64,000 bases of DNA from an uncultured Chloroflexia bacterium (GCA_963797095.1 CAWCNY010000004.1:160001-224000); one strand, 5' to 3'; shown: positions 49,163 to 59,247, counted from the first letter of the stretch. The notes: generated by a model not told the origin, from the sequence alone. Made by a program: numbers and translations.

Positions 49163-49270
49163 CTACCACAATCTACCACAGGGCCCTGGGGCTGTCAATG
49201 AGATTGTGATTAAATTTGCACAGTCTTCCACTTGCAGTATAATGTGATATGGGGAGTTGAGGAGTGTGCG

Positions 49271-51193
49271 ATGAAAATTGACCGCGCTGCTTTGACGACA
49301 GACCTTCCCGGGGCACAACTTCACCGTTTGGTGCCGAAACGCCTGGCACGTTTGCTCATGCGCGACGGCGCGCCCTCGATTGATGGCCTCGATGTGGCGA
49401 TCAGGGGCTTCGGGGTGGCGATTGTGGTCCTGTGGTCCCTGCTTGGATATGCACGGGCCTCAGAAGCAGCTGCCTGGGAGATGGCCGATCCGTTGTGGGT
49501 AGCACTTGGCCTGATTGTCTACAACCTGGCGGTAATTCTCGCTATCGGGGTGCCGTGGCGCACATCGCCGGGTTTCGGGCTTTTCGCGCTCGACTGGGTA
49601 GTGGCATCGCTGGCGATCCTATTCGCCGGAGGGTTTGTAAGCCCATATATTCTTCTCTACTATGCGTTGATCATTGGTGCATCGCTGAGGGTGGGGCTTT
49701 CTCGTTCTTTGTTGCTTGCCACTGGGTGCTCCCTGGTGTTCCTGGTGATGAGTTTGCTCCACCCGGAGCCTGTGGAAGAGATCCGGATCCCGATCCTGAT
49801 CGTGCAGGTGGCATCGCTGCTGATGGCTATGTTCATGGCGACAGGAATGCGCAGGGCTGTCGAAGTAGAAGTGCATAAAGTTGAATTGGAAGAGCGCGCC
49901 GCGCGGCAACTCCGGCTGTTGAATAACCTGACCAACCGGGTGCTGGCCGGGCCGCCTGATCTGCGAGACATCCTGCGAACAGTGGCAGCGGCTTCGCGTG
50001 AAGCATTGAAGGCAGACAGCGGGCTGGCTGTGCTTCTTAATGCGGCTTCGTTGGCCGATGATACGATGGGCGATGAGCGTGATGAGAACCTTGATATTGT
50101 GGCCGACCAGGACCCCGATCCGCCCGTGCTTTCGGGGCAAGAATGGAGCATTATCAAGAGAGTCACAAAGACGCGAGCGCCTGTAGTGTTGAATGTAGAG
50201 GATGGCCAGGCGACTCCATACGCCGGGCTGGAACGAGGAGGGGCACGCGCCCAGGCAGTAGCATGCGTTCCGTTTGTATTGGACGAACGTGTAATCGGAG
50301 CTTTGTTCGTGGCGCGATTTGAGCCACAGGCATTTACGCAGGCTGATGTTGGATTGCTGCTGGCGATCAGCCAACAAATAGCGGTGGCGACGCGCATGGC
50401 TCGCCTGTATGAAATGGAACGCGAGAAAGCCGCCAGATCTGAAGAGCGAGAACGTCTTGAGCGTGATTTGCTATCTATGGTTTCGCATGAGTTGCGAACT
50501 CCGTTGACCTCAATAAAGACAAGTGTGGGGGCGTTGGCTAGCGTACAACCCCATACAGGAACAGGGCGAGAAAAGGCCGAAGCTGAAACGCGGCTGCTGA
50601 GCAATATCGGGCGGAGCACTGATCGCCTCATCAACCTCGTGAATGAGTTATTGGACATGGCGCGACTGCGAGCGGGCAGGGTCAGCCTTAACCTTCAGGA
50701 ATTGAACATGGGAGATCTGCTGCTTGAGGCCGTATCGAGTCTGCGACCGTTGTTCGAGGAGCGGGGCCAAACTACTCAGATCGATCTGCCGGTGCAAGGC
50801 TCGACGCGCTGGGAGTCGCTGATGGTGCAGGCCGATCGCCGCCGAATCGAGCAGGTTCTCGTCAATTTGCTGTCTAACGCGAATAAATACGGACCGGGAT
50901 CGAGTACGGTGGTGATTGGAGCCACGCAGCGCGGAGGGCAGGTCAGAGTGTTCGTGCGAGATGCAGGCCCGGGTATCGCACCACAAGAGCAAGAGAGGGT
51001 GTTTGACAAGTTCTACAGGGCTGGGGAGGGCATGCATGAGGGCGCAGGATTAGGGCTTGCGATAGCGCGCTCGATTGTAGAATTGCATGGAGGGGAGATA
51101 GGAGTAAACAGCAGACCGGGCACTGGGAGCACGTTCTATTTCACGCTTCCGCATGCTAGCATGGAGAGCATTGATGAAGATACTTGTAATTGA
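49271..51193 (+). CDS. membrane sensor histidine kinase with GAF domain
   Basis: TM region, GAF, SHELRTPLT, NLLSNANKY, DAGPGI and GAGLGL. Confidence 0.93.
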   Translation: MKIDRAALTTDLPGAQLHRLVPKRLARLLMRDGAPSIDGLDVAIRGFGVAIVVLWSLLGYARASEAAAWEMADPLWVALGLIVYNLAVILAIGVPWRTSPGFGLFALDWVVASLAILFAGGFVSPYILLYYALIIGASLRVGLSRSLLLATGCSLVFLVMSLLHPEPVEEIRIPILIVQVASLLMAMFMATGMRRAVEVEVHKVELEERAARQLRLLNNLTNRVLAGPPDLRDILRTVAAASREALKADSGLAVLLNAASLADDTMGDERDENLDIVADQDPDPPVLSGQEWSIIKRVTKTRAPVVLNVEDGQATPYAGLERGGARAQAVACVPFVLDERVIGALFVARFEPQAFTQADVGLLLAISQQIAVATRMARLYEMEREKAARSEERERLERDLLSMVSHELRTPLTSIKTSVGALASVQPHTGTGREKAEAETRLLSNIGRSTDRLINLVNELLDMARLRAGRVSLNLQELNMGDLLLEAVSSLRPLFEERGQTTQIDLPVQGSTRWESLMVQADRRRIEQVLVNLLSNANKYGPGSSTVVIGATQRGGQVRVFVRDAGPGIAPQEQERVFDKFYRAGEGMHEGAGLGLAIARSIVELHGGEIGVNSRPGTGSTFYFTLPHASMESIDEDTCN

Positions 51194-51881
51194 CGATGAC
51201 CATGACGTGGTCGAGGCGATCAGCCTGGCGTTCGGCCTGCAGTGGGAAGAGGTAAAAGTAGTGCCTGCCTACTCAGGCGTGGAGGCGCAAATGGCCTTCA
51301 ACAGAGAGAATCCAGACGCGATACTTCTGGATATCGCGCTTCCGGATACTGACGGATTCGAGATACTGAGGTGGATACGCGAGCGCTCGGACGTGCCTGT
51401 GCTGATGATTTCGGCCAGGGGCGAAGAGCTGGACAAGGTGCGTGGCCTGGAGTTGGGAGCGGATGACTATGTGACCAAACCATTCGGGTACCTGGAGCTA
51501 TCGGCGCGGATAAAGGCAGTCATGAGGCGTGCGCAGGCGCTGCCGCCAATGTCTGGCGGGGGTAAGTTTGAGTCGGGCGACCTGGTAATCAATTATTCGA
51601 CACACCAGGTTTTCTTGAAGGGGAACCATGTCAAGTTGACGCCGATTGAGTACAAACTGTTGTACCAATTAACGCGTAACGCAGGGCATGTGCTGATGCA
51701 TGACCACCTGCTGACGAAGATATGGGGGCCGGAATACCTGGGTGAATTGGATTATCTGCGCATTTATGTGCGTCGCCTTCGTGAGAAACTAGAGGCAAAC
51801 CCACAGCAGCCGATACAGATATTAACCGAGCGCGGGTTGGGCTACCGCTTTAATCCCCATCCCGGTGACAATGCAGCCTGA
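51174..51881 (+). CDS. OmpR-family response regulator
   Basis: ILVIDDD, LLDIALP, GADDYVTKPF and a winged-helix domain ending in ERGLGY. Confidence 0.95.
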   Translation: MKILVIDDDHDVVEAISLAFGLQWEEVKVVPAYSGVEAQMAFNRENPDAILLDIALPDTDGFEILRWIRERSDVPVLMISARGEELDKVRGLELGADDYVTKPFGYLELSARIKAVMRRAQALPPMSGGGKFESGDLVINYSTHQVFLKGNHVKLTPIEYKLLYQLTRNAGHVLMHDHLLTKIWGPEYLGELDYLRIYVRRLREKLEANPQQPIQILTERGLGYRFNPHPGDNAA

Positions 51882-52998
51882 ACCGGTATGGAGGCCCAAT
51901 TGGCGCATCAGGGTAGCTTTGGATACCACGTTTGCGGGTGTGAACCCTACAGGTGTGGGATTCTATTCGAGGCGGCTGGCTACAGAGCTTGAGGCTCACT
52001 CTGCGGAGCTGGGGATTGAGGTACGGTGCTACGGACCTGCCTGCGGAGCGGACGAGGCAAGAGAACGACTTCTGGCGATCAGCCAGGAGTGGCCGGTCAA
52101 TACACACGCGGCTTTACCTCTGCGTTTATTGGGCTACAAACCAAACATCACCCATGCCACTTCGCATATTGGCCCGCTGTGGGGGCCTGGGAAGTTGCTG
52201 GTAACGGTCCACGATCTCATATTCAGGCGATACGCTGAGGATTACAACCCGTTCTGGCTTTTGACCACGCGTGCTACTTTGCCTGGAGTTCTGCGTCGTG
52301 CCCGATTGGTTATTGCCGACTCTCACGCCACCAAGGATGATCTCCAGAGATTTTACGGTGTGCGCCCTGGGAAGGTTGTTGTGGTCTATCCCGGTGTTGA
52401 CAAGATGTCTTGCTTGGAAGTGGGCGCAATAGGCGCGGAGATCAGTGGACCATATATACTCTGCCTGGGTCCCTGGGTACGGCGCAAGAACCTGGAAGTT
52501 GTCGTGAGAGCGTTCGAGCGATTGGCAAGGCGCATACTGGACGTGCAATTGGTGATTACCGGGAGTCAGGCGACCGGCATGAAAGGCTATACGGAGGAGG
52601 AACTGCTCAGACCGCTGCCGGAGGAGTTGCGGTCGCGGGTTCACCTCATGGGATATGTGCCGCGACGTCTATTGAGCTGCTTGCTGACAAGAGCTAGTGT
52701 GTTGGCATACCCTTCACGTTGGGAGGGGTTCGGGTTACCGCCCCTGGAGGCGATGGCAGCGGGGATTCCTGTAGTTGCCAGCAAGACCCCGGCGGTCGAA
52801 GAAGTGACCGCTGGAGCGGCGCGATTCTGTGGGGCAGACGATGTGGGGGAGTGGGCTGCCGCTCTGGAGCAGGTTCTGTCCGACGGGGATTACTCGGCAG
52901 GGCTGGTCGAAAGAGGCTTGCGCCGAAGCGCTGCGTTCACATGGGAGGGGTGTGCACGGAGCATGGCAATGATCTATCACCGGGTGGCAGGTGCGTAA
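51871..52998 (+). CDS. GT4 glycosyltransferase
   Basis: TVHDL, RKNL and EGFGLPPLEAMAAG. Confidence 0.9.
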   Translation: MQPEPVWRPNWRIRVALDTTFAGVNPTGVGFYSRRLATELEAHSAELGIEVRCYGPACGADEARERLLAISQEWPVNTHAALPLRLLGYKPNITHATSHIGPLWGPGKLLVTVHDLIFRRYAEDYNPFWLLTTRATLPGVLRRARLVIADSHATKDDLQRFYGVRPGKVVVVYPGVDKMSCLEVGAIGAEISGPYILCLGPWVRRKNLEVVVRAFERLARRILDVQLVITGSQATGMKGYTEEELLRPLPEELRSRVHLMGYVPRRLLSCLLTRASVLAYPSRWEGFGLPPLEAMAAGIPVVASKTPAVEEVTAGAARFCGADDVGEWAAALEQVLSDGDYSAGLVERGLRRSAAFTWEGCARSMAMIYHRVAGA

Positions 52999-53034
52999 AG
53001 TTCAGGCTTCTATATGAAAAATTAACGGAAAATA

Positions 53035-53087
53035 GGTGAACGTTTGGTGAAAAACACCTAGCCATAGGCAACGTTGTGGGCTATAAT
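53035..53087 (+). promoter_or_regulatory. candidate promoter of the respiratory operon with upstream direct repeat
   Basis: TATAAT at 53082-53087 with a weak -35 (TAGCCA). GGTGAA is repeated at 11-bp spacing (53035, 53046). Confidence 0.45.
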
Positions 53088-53175
53088 ACCTTGACTGCGA
53101 CGCCTGGCGCACGTGTGTGCCTGCGCAGGCACATTGGCGCAGCCCCAAGGGTCTAGACGTATCGAGGAGGATGGA

Positions 53176-53307
53176 ATGAACCTTACCGAGAACCAGGAAC
53201 CCTTCATAATCTTCCCCGCACTGATCATCGCGATTCTGCTCCTGGTGCTGATCGACCGTATCGGCACGATCCGACCTCCAAAGGACGAAGACGAGGAGGA
53301 GATCTAG
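53176..53307 (+). CDS. 43-aa single-TM protein heading the Rieske/cytochrome b operon
   Basis: GAGGAGG RBS; MNLTENQEPFIIFPALIIAILLLVLIDRIG...; its stop abuts the cytochrome b ATG. Confidence 0.7.
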   Translation: MNLTENQEPFIIFPALIIAILLLVLIDRIGTIRPPKDEDEEEI

Positions 53308-54195
53308 ATGGCTACACGCTCGCTGCGCGACAGAGGGCGAATACCAAGCCCGGCTGATCTCTATGGGAGGTTACCCGGCTGGATTCGCACACCTTTAGGC
53401 AAACTGGGTGCAGTACTCAAGCGCACCTGGGAAGATGTGTCCGGTTCGATTATCCGGAACGGATGGCCTAACTCGGTGCGTGGCCGTTCCCTGGCGGTCA
53501 TGAACAGCGTATTCTTGCATTTGCACCCGATACGCACCCGCGCCGATGCAATCAAGATGACGTATACGTTCGGCCTGGGAGGGATATCGTTCTTCCTCTT
53601 CCTGTTGCTTACTCTCACCGGCGTGCTGCTGATGTTCTACTATATCCCGTCGGTAGACCAGGCGTGGCAGACCATGAACCAGATCAAGGACGATCAACCG
53701 TTCGGCTGGTTCCTGAGGAACATGCACAGGTGGGGCGCACATGCCATGGTGATTACGGTGTTCTTCCACATGTGCAGGGTGTTTTATACAGGTGCATTCC
53801 GCGCTCCGCGACAATTCAACTGGGTTGTAGGCGTGATATTGCTGGTGCTTACTTTTCTGTTGAGCTACACAGGCTACCTTCTGCCTTGGGACCAGCTTTC
53901 GTTGTGGGCGGTGCAGGTGGGTGTGAACATGGTTGGCTCAACGCCGCCACCGGCTGTTGGTGACTTTGTGAAGTTCATGCTGATTGGAGATTACTCGGTT
54001 GGGCAAAATGCGCTGATCCGGTTCTATACGTTACATGTGATAGCGCTACCGCTGCTGCTATCGATATTCCTGGCCGTTCACTTCTGGCGAATTCGGAAAG
54101 ACGGCTTCTCCCGAGGGCTCACATTTACGTCCAGGATCATGGAGCACGCTGATACACGCACAGCGGGCGAGCGTGCGGCAGGTAGAGGGAAATAG
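53308..54195 (+). CDS. cytochrome b6-like N-terminal subunit of a Rieske/cytochrome b complex
   Basis: Four heme histidines in RNMHRW...FHMCR and TLHVI...AVHF; SYTGYLLPWDQ. Confidence 0.93.
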   Translation: MATRSLRDRGRIPSPADLYGRLPGWIRTPLGKLGAVLKRTWEDVSGSIIRNGWPNSVRGRSLAVMNSVFLHLHPIRTRADAIKMTYTFGLGGISFFLFLLLTLTGVLLMFYYIPSVDQAWQTMNQIKDDQPFGWFLRNMHRWGAHAMVITVFFHMCRVFYTGAFRAPRQFNWVVGVILLVLTFLLSYTGYLLPWDQLSLWAVQVGVNMVGSTPPPAVGDFVKFMLIGDYSVGQNALIRFYTLHVIALPLLLSIFLAVHFWRIRKDGFSRGLTFTSRIMEHADTRTAGERAAGRGK

Positions 54196-54206
54196 GAGGC
54201 GCACAC

Positions 54207-55100
54207 ATGGCATCCATTGGCGACCGACTCCCTCAAACGAGGGAACCTAACGTAACAAGCACTCCCGGCGCAAGGGTGTTGACCCCGCCGGCAAGGACAC
54301 GCCCCACAACGCCGGCTGAACAGGAAGCGGGAACTGTACAGGTTTGGCCGCACCTGGTCGTAATCGAATTTCTGGGAGCATTGATCATTACGCTCAATAT
54401 GATCTTGCTGTCGACGCTGTTTAACGGGCCGTTCCTTGATATGGCGAACCCGGACAAGACGCCGAACCCATCGAAAGCCCCGTGGTACTTCCTCAATCTC
54501 CAGGAACTGCTTCTGCACATGAACCCTGCGCTAGCGGGCGTTATTGTACCTACAATAGCCCTGATCCTGATCGCGGCGATCCCCTATGTGGACCGTGGCG
54601 CGAAGGGTTTGGGAGTCTGGTGGTATAGCGAGAGAGGCCCTAAGATCGCGCTGTTCACGGTTGTCTACACTACAGTTGTCACCGGATCACTTATTGCGCT
54701 TGACAAGTTCTTCCCTCTGAAGGCGAACTTCAGCATCTGGCTTCGAACCGCAGATACTCAGGTAGCCGGAGCGAGTGCCGATGATGGACCGCTCTCACCG
54801 ATTACCTACTTCATAGCGAATACCCTTTTCAACGGAGACCATGCGGTGGCACTGGGTGTGCTGCAAGAGGCCATTGTAGGCTGGATCATTCCGACGATCT
54901 GCTTCGCATTCTTTCCAACTCTGCTTGTGATCCTTCTCAAGCGAGTGTTCAAAGGGGCCGACCTCACCGAGATCATAATTGGGCTCTTTACGGGGTTTGT
55001 TACGCTTTATCTGGTGCTCACGTTCGTCGGAACGGCAATGCGCGGCACCAGTATGGACCTTTACCCTCCTTGGGCTTTGCCTCCCAACCAGGAAGGATGA
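54207..55100 (+). CDS. subunit IV-like (cytochrome b C-terminal) protein
   Basis: VWPHL..EF and ANPDKTPNPSKAPWYF (Qo motif), IPYVD, plus extra TM helices. Confidence 0.88.
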   Translation: MASIGDRLPQTREPNVTSTPGARVLTPPARTRPTTPAEQEAGTVQVWPHLVVIEFLGALIITLNMILLSTLFNGPFLDMANPDKTPNPSKAPWYFLNLQELLLHMNPALAGVIVPTIALILIAAIPYVDRGAKGLGVWWYSERGPKIALFTVVYTTVVTGSLIALDKFFPLKANFSIWLRTADTQVAGASADDGPLSPITYFIANTLFNGDHAVALGVLQEAIVGWIIPTICFAFFPTLLVILLKRVFKGADLTEIIIGLFTGFVTLYLVLTFVGTAMRGTSMDLYPPWALPPNQEG

Positions 55101-55187
55101 CCTGGGACAAAATCAATAGACGGAAAGAGGAATGCGGAGTAAGAGAACGGTCATCCATGACGGGTCGTCGGAAAAGAGGAGATAAGT

Positions 55188-55772
55188 ATGCAAAGAATGG
55201 CAGATACAAGACGAGAAACATTGACGCCCAGAACGGGAGTTGATGCGCCAAACCGGCCTGAAGATACGGCGGGTGGGCGCACAGCCCCCAAAACGCGACG
55301 TGACGTGCTGAAGTGGGGCCTATTCGGCTCGCTTCTGCTGATGGTCGGAGGCTTCGGCTATTCCTTCCTTCAGTTCTTTACTCCCAAGAAGGTGGGCACC
55401 TTCGGTGGCAAAGTAACAGTACCGATTACATTGGCCGATCTTCCGGTCAATAGCGATCCATTCAGGGTCCGCGAGGGGAAGTTCTATCTCGTGCATATCC
55501 CTGAAGGATTGCTCGCTCTCTACTGGAAGTGCAAACACCTGGGATGCACGGTGCCCTGGAAGCCGGACGAGGAATTTCAGGGACAGATCGGCATTTTCCA
55601 CTGCCCGTGCCACGGCTCGATCTACCTCAGGAACGGGCAAAATGTGGCTGGACCGGCCCCCGCGCCGCTTGACCTGATGGCGATTGACCTTTCAGGCGGA
55701 AAGATCGTGGTAGATACAGGTAAGATCACCACTAGAACCAGGTTTGAGCCTTCACAGGCCGTCAAAGTCTAG
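55188..55772 (+). CDS. Rieske [2Fe-2S] protein
   Basis: Tat-like TRRDVLK plus TM; CKHLGC and CPCHGS boxes; GPAPAPL. Confidence 0.95.
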   Translation: MQRMADTRRETLTPRTGVDAPNRPEDTAGGRTAPKTRRDVLKWGLFGSLLLMVGGFGYSFLQFFTPKKVGTFGGKVTVPITLADLPVNSDPFRVREGKFYLVHIPEGLLALYWKCKHLGCTVPWKPDEEFQGQIGIFHCPCHGSIYLRNGQNVAGPAPAPLDLMAIDLSGGKIVVDTGKITTRTRFEPSQAVKV

Positions 55773-55881
55773 AACTGAACACAAAAGCCGGGCAAAGGGT
55801 TGAAGTCCGGCAGCATATACCTGGCGGTCGTTTTTCGGTCGCCCGTCGCGGATTGTGTGAGAAGCAGGAGAGGGAGAGGCT

Positions 55882-56754
55882 ATGCGTGACAAAGTAGTGC
55901 TGGGTGTAACCCTTGCCATCGTGCTGCTCTTGACGTTGGTGATCTACGGAATCGTAGATACCCAGCGCACTCCGAGCCTCCAGGCCTCCGACCTGGAGCG
56001 TATGGTCGATAAGGGGCAGACGATTTACGCGCAATACTGCATTCAATGCCACGGGCCGAGAGGCGAGGGGTGCATTGGTCCTGCGCTGAATCGAGAAGTC
56101 TGGCATCCGGAACTTGCAAATGGAGATAAGAACACCAATTTTGATGACGCCAGCCACGATTTCATCAAGAAGGTCGTAGAGCGTGGCCGCCCTTCGAACC
56201 AGCCTGGTATGCAAATGCCCTCATGGTCGATAAATGAAGGCGGCGCACTGAACGATGAGGATATAGAAGATGTCATCGCGTTCATACAATACGGCAACTT
56301 CGACACCACGTTGGAAGATGCCGCATCCGCAACGGGATTGAACGAGGCATTCCCCACATTTCCGGGATTCCAGGACACAGCACAGATCGCTCGCGTGAAG
56401 GAAGTAATGCTGGCAAAGGGATGCCTAAACTGCCACACTCTGGGCAAGGGTGGCGGTAAGATAGGCGCTGACCTGACCGACGTGGGCAGCAGGCGCACAG
56501 CCGATTGGATCCGTAAGTGGATCGACAATCCGCCCGCCGTGCCGGCTTCGCAGCGTGGGCCTAATCTGTGGCTTGTGGGTGTGACGGCGACAGTGCCGGT
56601 GCCTGGATTGACGCCCCAGGCCAACACCTCTCCTACGGCGACGCCGCAGCAGTTCCCGATGAATACTACTTATATGCCCAAGATCGCTATGACCCAGGAC
56701 GAGTTGAACTTGCTCGTGGACTATCTCTCGCACGCGCGTACGACCACCAAGTAG
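55882..56754 (+). CDS. membrane-anchored diheme cytochrome c
   Basis: N-terminal TM; CIQCH...MPSW and CLNCH...MPK. Confidence 0.92.
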   Translation: MRDKVVLGVTLAIVLLLTLVIYGIVDTQRTPSLQASDLERMVDKGQTIYAQYCIQCHGPRGEGCIGPALNREVWHPELANGDKNTNFDDASHDFIKKVVERGRPSNQPGMQMPSWSINEGGALNDEDIEDVIAFIQYGNFDTTLEDAASATGLNEAFPTFPGFQDTAQIARVKEVMLAKGCLNCHTLGKGGGKIGADLTDVGSRRTADWIRKWIDNPPAVPASQRGPNLWLVGVTATVPVPGLTPQANTSPTATPQQFPMNTTYMPKIAMTQDELNLLVDYLSHARTTTK

Positions 56755-56781
56755 CAACCAGGGATCAGGAGGAAGAGCTAT

Positions 56782-57669
56782 ATGGCCGCTCTGGGTGCGG
56801 TAGTCAAGAAGACCGAGGAAGGGCTGCGTTTGACAGCTAAAGGGCGTGCGCTGGCTATTTTCAGCGTGGTGCTGATACTTGGATTCGCGCTGGCGACGCT
56901 CAATGTACCGCTAGCATCGTCGGCGGCCAATGCTGTGGAAGTGCAGCATATAACTCAGGCCGTGCCTACCGACCCCCAATCGCCGCTGTGGGACCAGGCT
57001 ACGGAAGCGCAGATACCGCTGAGCGCACAGCAGATGCAACAGCCCGGTGGTGGAACCACCCGGGCCGTGTATGTGCGGGCACTTGAAGATGGCATGACTT
57101 TCGCGATCAGGGTTTCATGGGACGATGACACTAAGAACGAGACTGTCGGAAGCCTACCGAGTGATGCGGCGGCTATTCAATTGCCAATCGACCCACAGCA
57201 TCTCCCCTATCAGTGCATGGGGCAGAGCACCAGCCGGGTAAATATCTGGCAGTGGAAGGCAGCACTGGAGAAGGAAGCCGGTGAGACGCTGCCGACCACG
57301 GGAATGGAAGGGGGAGCGAGAGACCTGACGAGCAACGGGATCTGCAAGGCTGTCGAAACGAATGGCATAGGACCATCAGCCAGGTCGTATCACGACGGCA
57401 AGCAATGGCATGTTGTGTACTGGCGGCAACTTTACAAGGGAGACCTGGTCACAGCGCCAATAATAAGGGAGGCCAACACTTCTATTGCCTTCGCGGTGTG
57501 GAACGGAGCCAACGGCGAGACGCGCGGGATGAAAGCAGTCTCAACCTGGAACACATTAACGTTCCAAACGCCACCTGTGAACAGCGCCGCCGGACTGGTA
57601 ACAGTGGCAGCCGTTGTGCTCGTTTCAGCTGGAATCGTAGGCTGGGCCATGCGACGCTATGGCAGGTAG
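56782..57669 (+). CDS. ethylbenzene-dehydrogenase gamma-like (EB_dh/DOMON) heme b protein
   Basis: WDD, DAAAIQLP, MG...VNIWQWKA and AFAVWNGANGETRGMKAVSTW; TM helices at both ends. Confidence 0.82.
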   Translation: MAALGAVVKKTEEGLRLTAKGRALAIFSVVLILGFALATLNVPLASSAANAVEVQHITQAVPTDPQSPLWDQATEAQIPLSAQQMQQPGGGTTRAVYVRALEDGMTFAIRVSWDDDTKNETVGSLPSDAAAIQLPIDPQHLPYQCMGQSTSRVNIWQWKAALEKEAGETLPTTGMEGGARDLTSNGICKAVETNGIGPSARSYHDGKQWHVVYWRQLYKGDLVTAPIIREANTSIAFAVWNGANGETRGMKAVSTWNTLTFQTPPVNSAAGLVTVAAVVLVSAGIVGWAMRRYGR

Positions 57670-57762
57670 ACAGCAAGCAAGGAGCAATTAACAAGATACA
57701 GACGACCGTAGGCTCAAGACCGGCATCCGTCACCACTCACATTTGACTCATCGGAGGGAGGA

Positions 57763-59247
57763 ATGAGCGTAGTAGCGAGAGAGTTCGAGACCACACGACC
57801 GGGGTTCCTGACTGCCGAAGGCAGCGCATCGCGCAACTTTCTATATTCGGCGATATTTTGGCTTACTTTAGCTGACTTTGTAGGGCTGATCGCGGCGATG
57901 GAGATGATCAGCCCGGATTTCCTGGCAGGCATTCCATATCTGACATTTGGGCGTCTCAGGCCGATGCACACCAACGGTGTGCTGTTCATGTGGCTCTCGA
58001 TGGCCCAGATCGGGGCGTTCCTTTACATTGTTCCGAAGTTATGCGGTGTCAAGCTGTTTAGTGAAGTATTGGGCAATGTGGTCATGATCCTGTGGAACAT
58101 GGTCGGGATCGCCGGATACATTACCCTTTCGCTTGGCCTAACCCAGGCAAGAGAGTATGCTGAGCTAATCTGGCCGATTGATGTCATGGTCCTGGTCGGG
58201 CTACTGCTTACAGGCTACAATATTTACAAGACGATATTCAGCCGCAAGGAAAAGAAACTATACGTTTCTTTGTGGTACATCATGGGCACGCTTGTATGGA
58301 TGCCGATGCTTTACTTCGTGGGAAACGTCATGTGGCAGCCACTATTGCCCAACAGCGATCCCGGCATCCCCAGTCTGCAATCGAATATTGCGGGCTTCCC
58401 GTCAGGGAGCTTGAACGGTATCGACGATGTGACCTGGCAGTGGTTCTATGGGCATAACGTGCTTGGCTACTGGTTCACTACATCGGGGGTGGCTATAGTC
58501 TATTACCTTGTGCCGGTCTTGACGCGCTCCCCGCTTTACAGTCACCTGCTATCATTGATTGGGTTCTGGTCCATTGCCTTCTTCTACGGGTTGGTAGGCC
58601 AACACCATATCCTGCAAACGCCAACGCCAGGCTGGCTTAAGACGCTGGCTGTAGTTGGCTCGATCGGCCTTTTTATTCCAGTCTTTACGTTCCTGACGAA
58701 TATCTGGCTCACGATGAGGGGCAACTGGGGGAAGATATACGAAAGTCTGCCACTCAAATTTGTGATGGTGGGCAGTATCTTCTATTTCGTGACGTGTGTG
58801 CAAGGCCCTATGCAGGCGATTCAGGGATTCAACCGCCTGATCCACTTCACCAACTGGATCGTTGGACATGCTCATCTGGCGCTGCTCGGCACGTTCTCGT
58901 TCTGGGCCATGGCGGCTATCTACTATATCATTCCGGTTACCCTCAAGCGCAGGATATATAGTCCGGGGCTTGGTGAGGCCCAGTTCTGGATGATAACAAT
59001 CGGCTTCCTCTTGATGATGATCTCACTGCAAATAGGTGGCCTTGTACAGGGTGCAATGTGGCTCAACGGCGACACGGTGTACAAGGTGCTGCCCGAACTT
59101 AAGCCTTATCTGGTTATCAGAGCCGTGTCGGGCGCAATGATAGTGATTGCAGGGATTATGCAGGCCTGGCAGATATACAAGACTGTGACAGTGGGTGAGC
59201 CGATCACCGTGAAAAGCCCGGCAACCGCAGCAGAATCGATTAGCTAA
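57763..59247 (+). CDS. ccoN: cbb3-type (C-family) cytochrome c oxidase subunit I
   Basis: GRLRPMHTN, REYAE, WFYGHN, FYGLVGQHH (helix VII Tyr plus CuB histidines) and WIVGHAH. Confidence 0.94.
   Translation: MSVVAREFETTRPGFLTAEGSASRNFLYSAIFWLTLADFVGLIAAMEMISPDFLAGIPYLTFGRLRPMHTNGVLFMWLSMAQIGAFLYIVPKLCGVKLFSEVLGNVVMILWNMVGIAGYITLSLGLTQAREYAELIWPIDVMVLVGLLLTGYNIYKTIFSRKEKKLYVSLWYIMGTLVWMPMLYFVGNVMWQPLLPNSDPGIPSLQSNIAGFPSGSLNGIDDVTWQWFYGHNVLGYWFTTSGVAIVYYLVPVLTRSPLYSHLLSLIGFWSIAFFYGLVGQHHILQTPTPGWLKTLAVVGSIGLFIPVFTFLTNIWLTMRGNWGKIYESLPLKFVMVGSIFYFVTCVQGPMQAIQGFNRLIHFTNWIVGHAHLALLGTFSFWAMAAIYYIIPVTLKRRIYSPGLGEAQFWMITIGFLLMMISLQIGGLVQGAMWLNGDTVYKVLPELKPYLVIRAVSGAMIVIAGIMQAWQIYKTVTVGEPITVKSPATAAESIS

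Noticed and set aside
49203-49222. TTGTGA...GCACA resembling a Rex/CRP site
   Set aside because: The spacing and right half-site do not fit either consensus.
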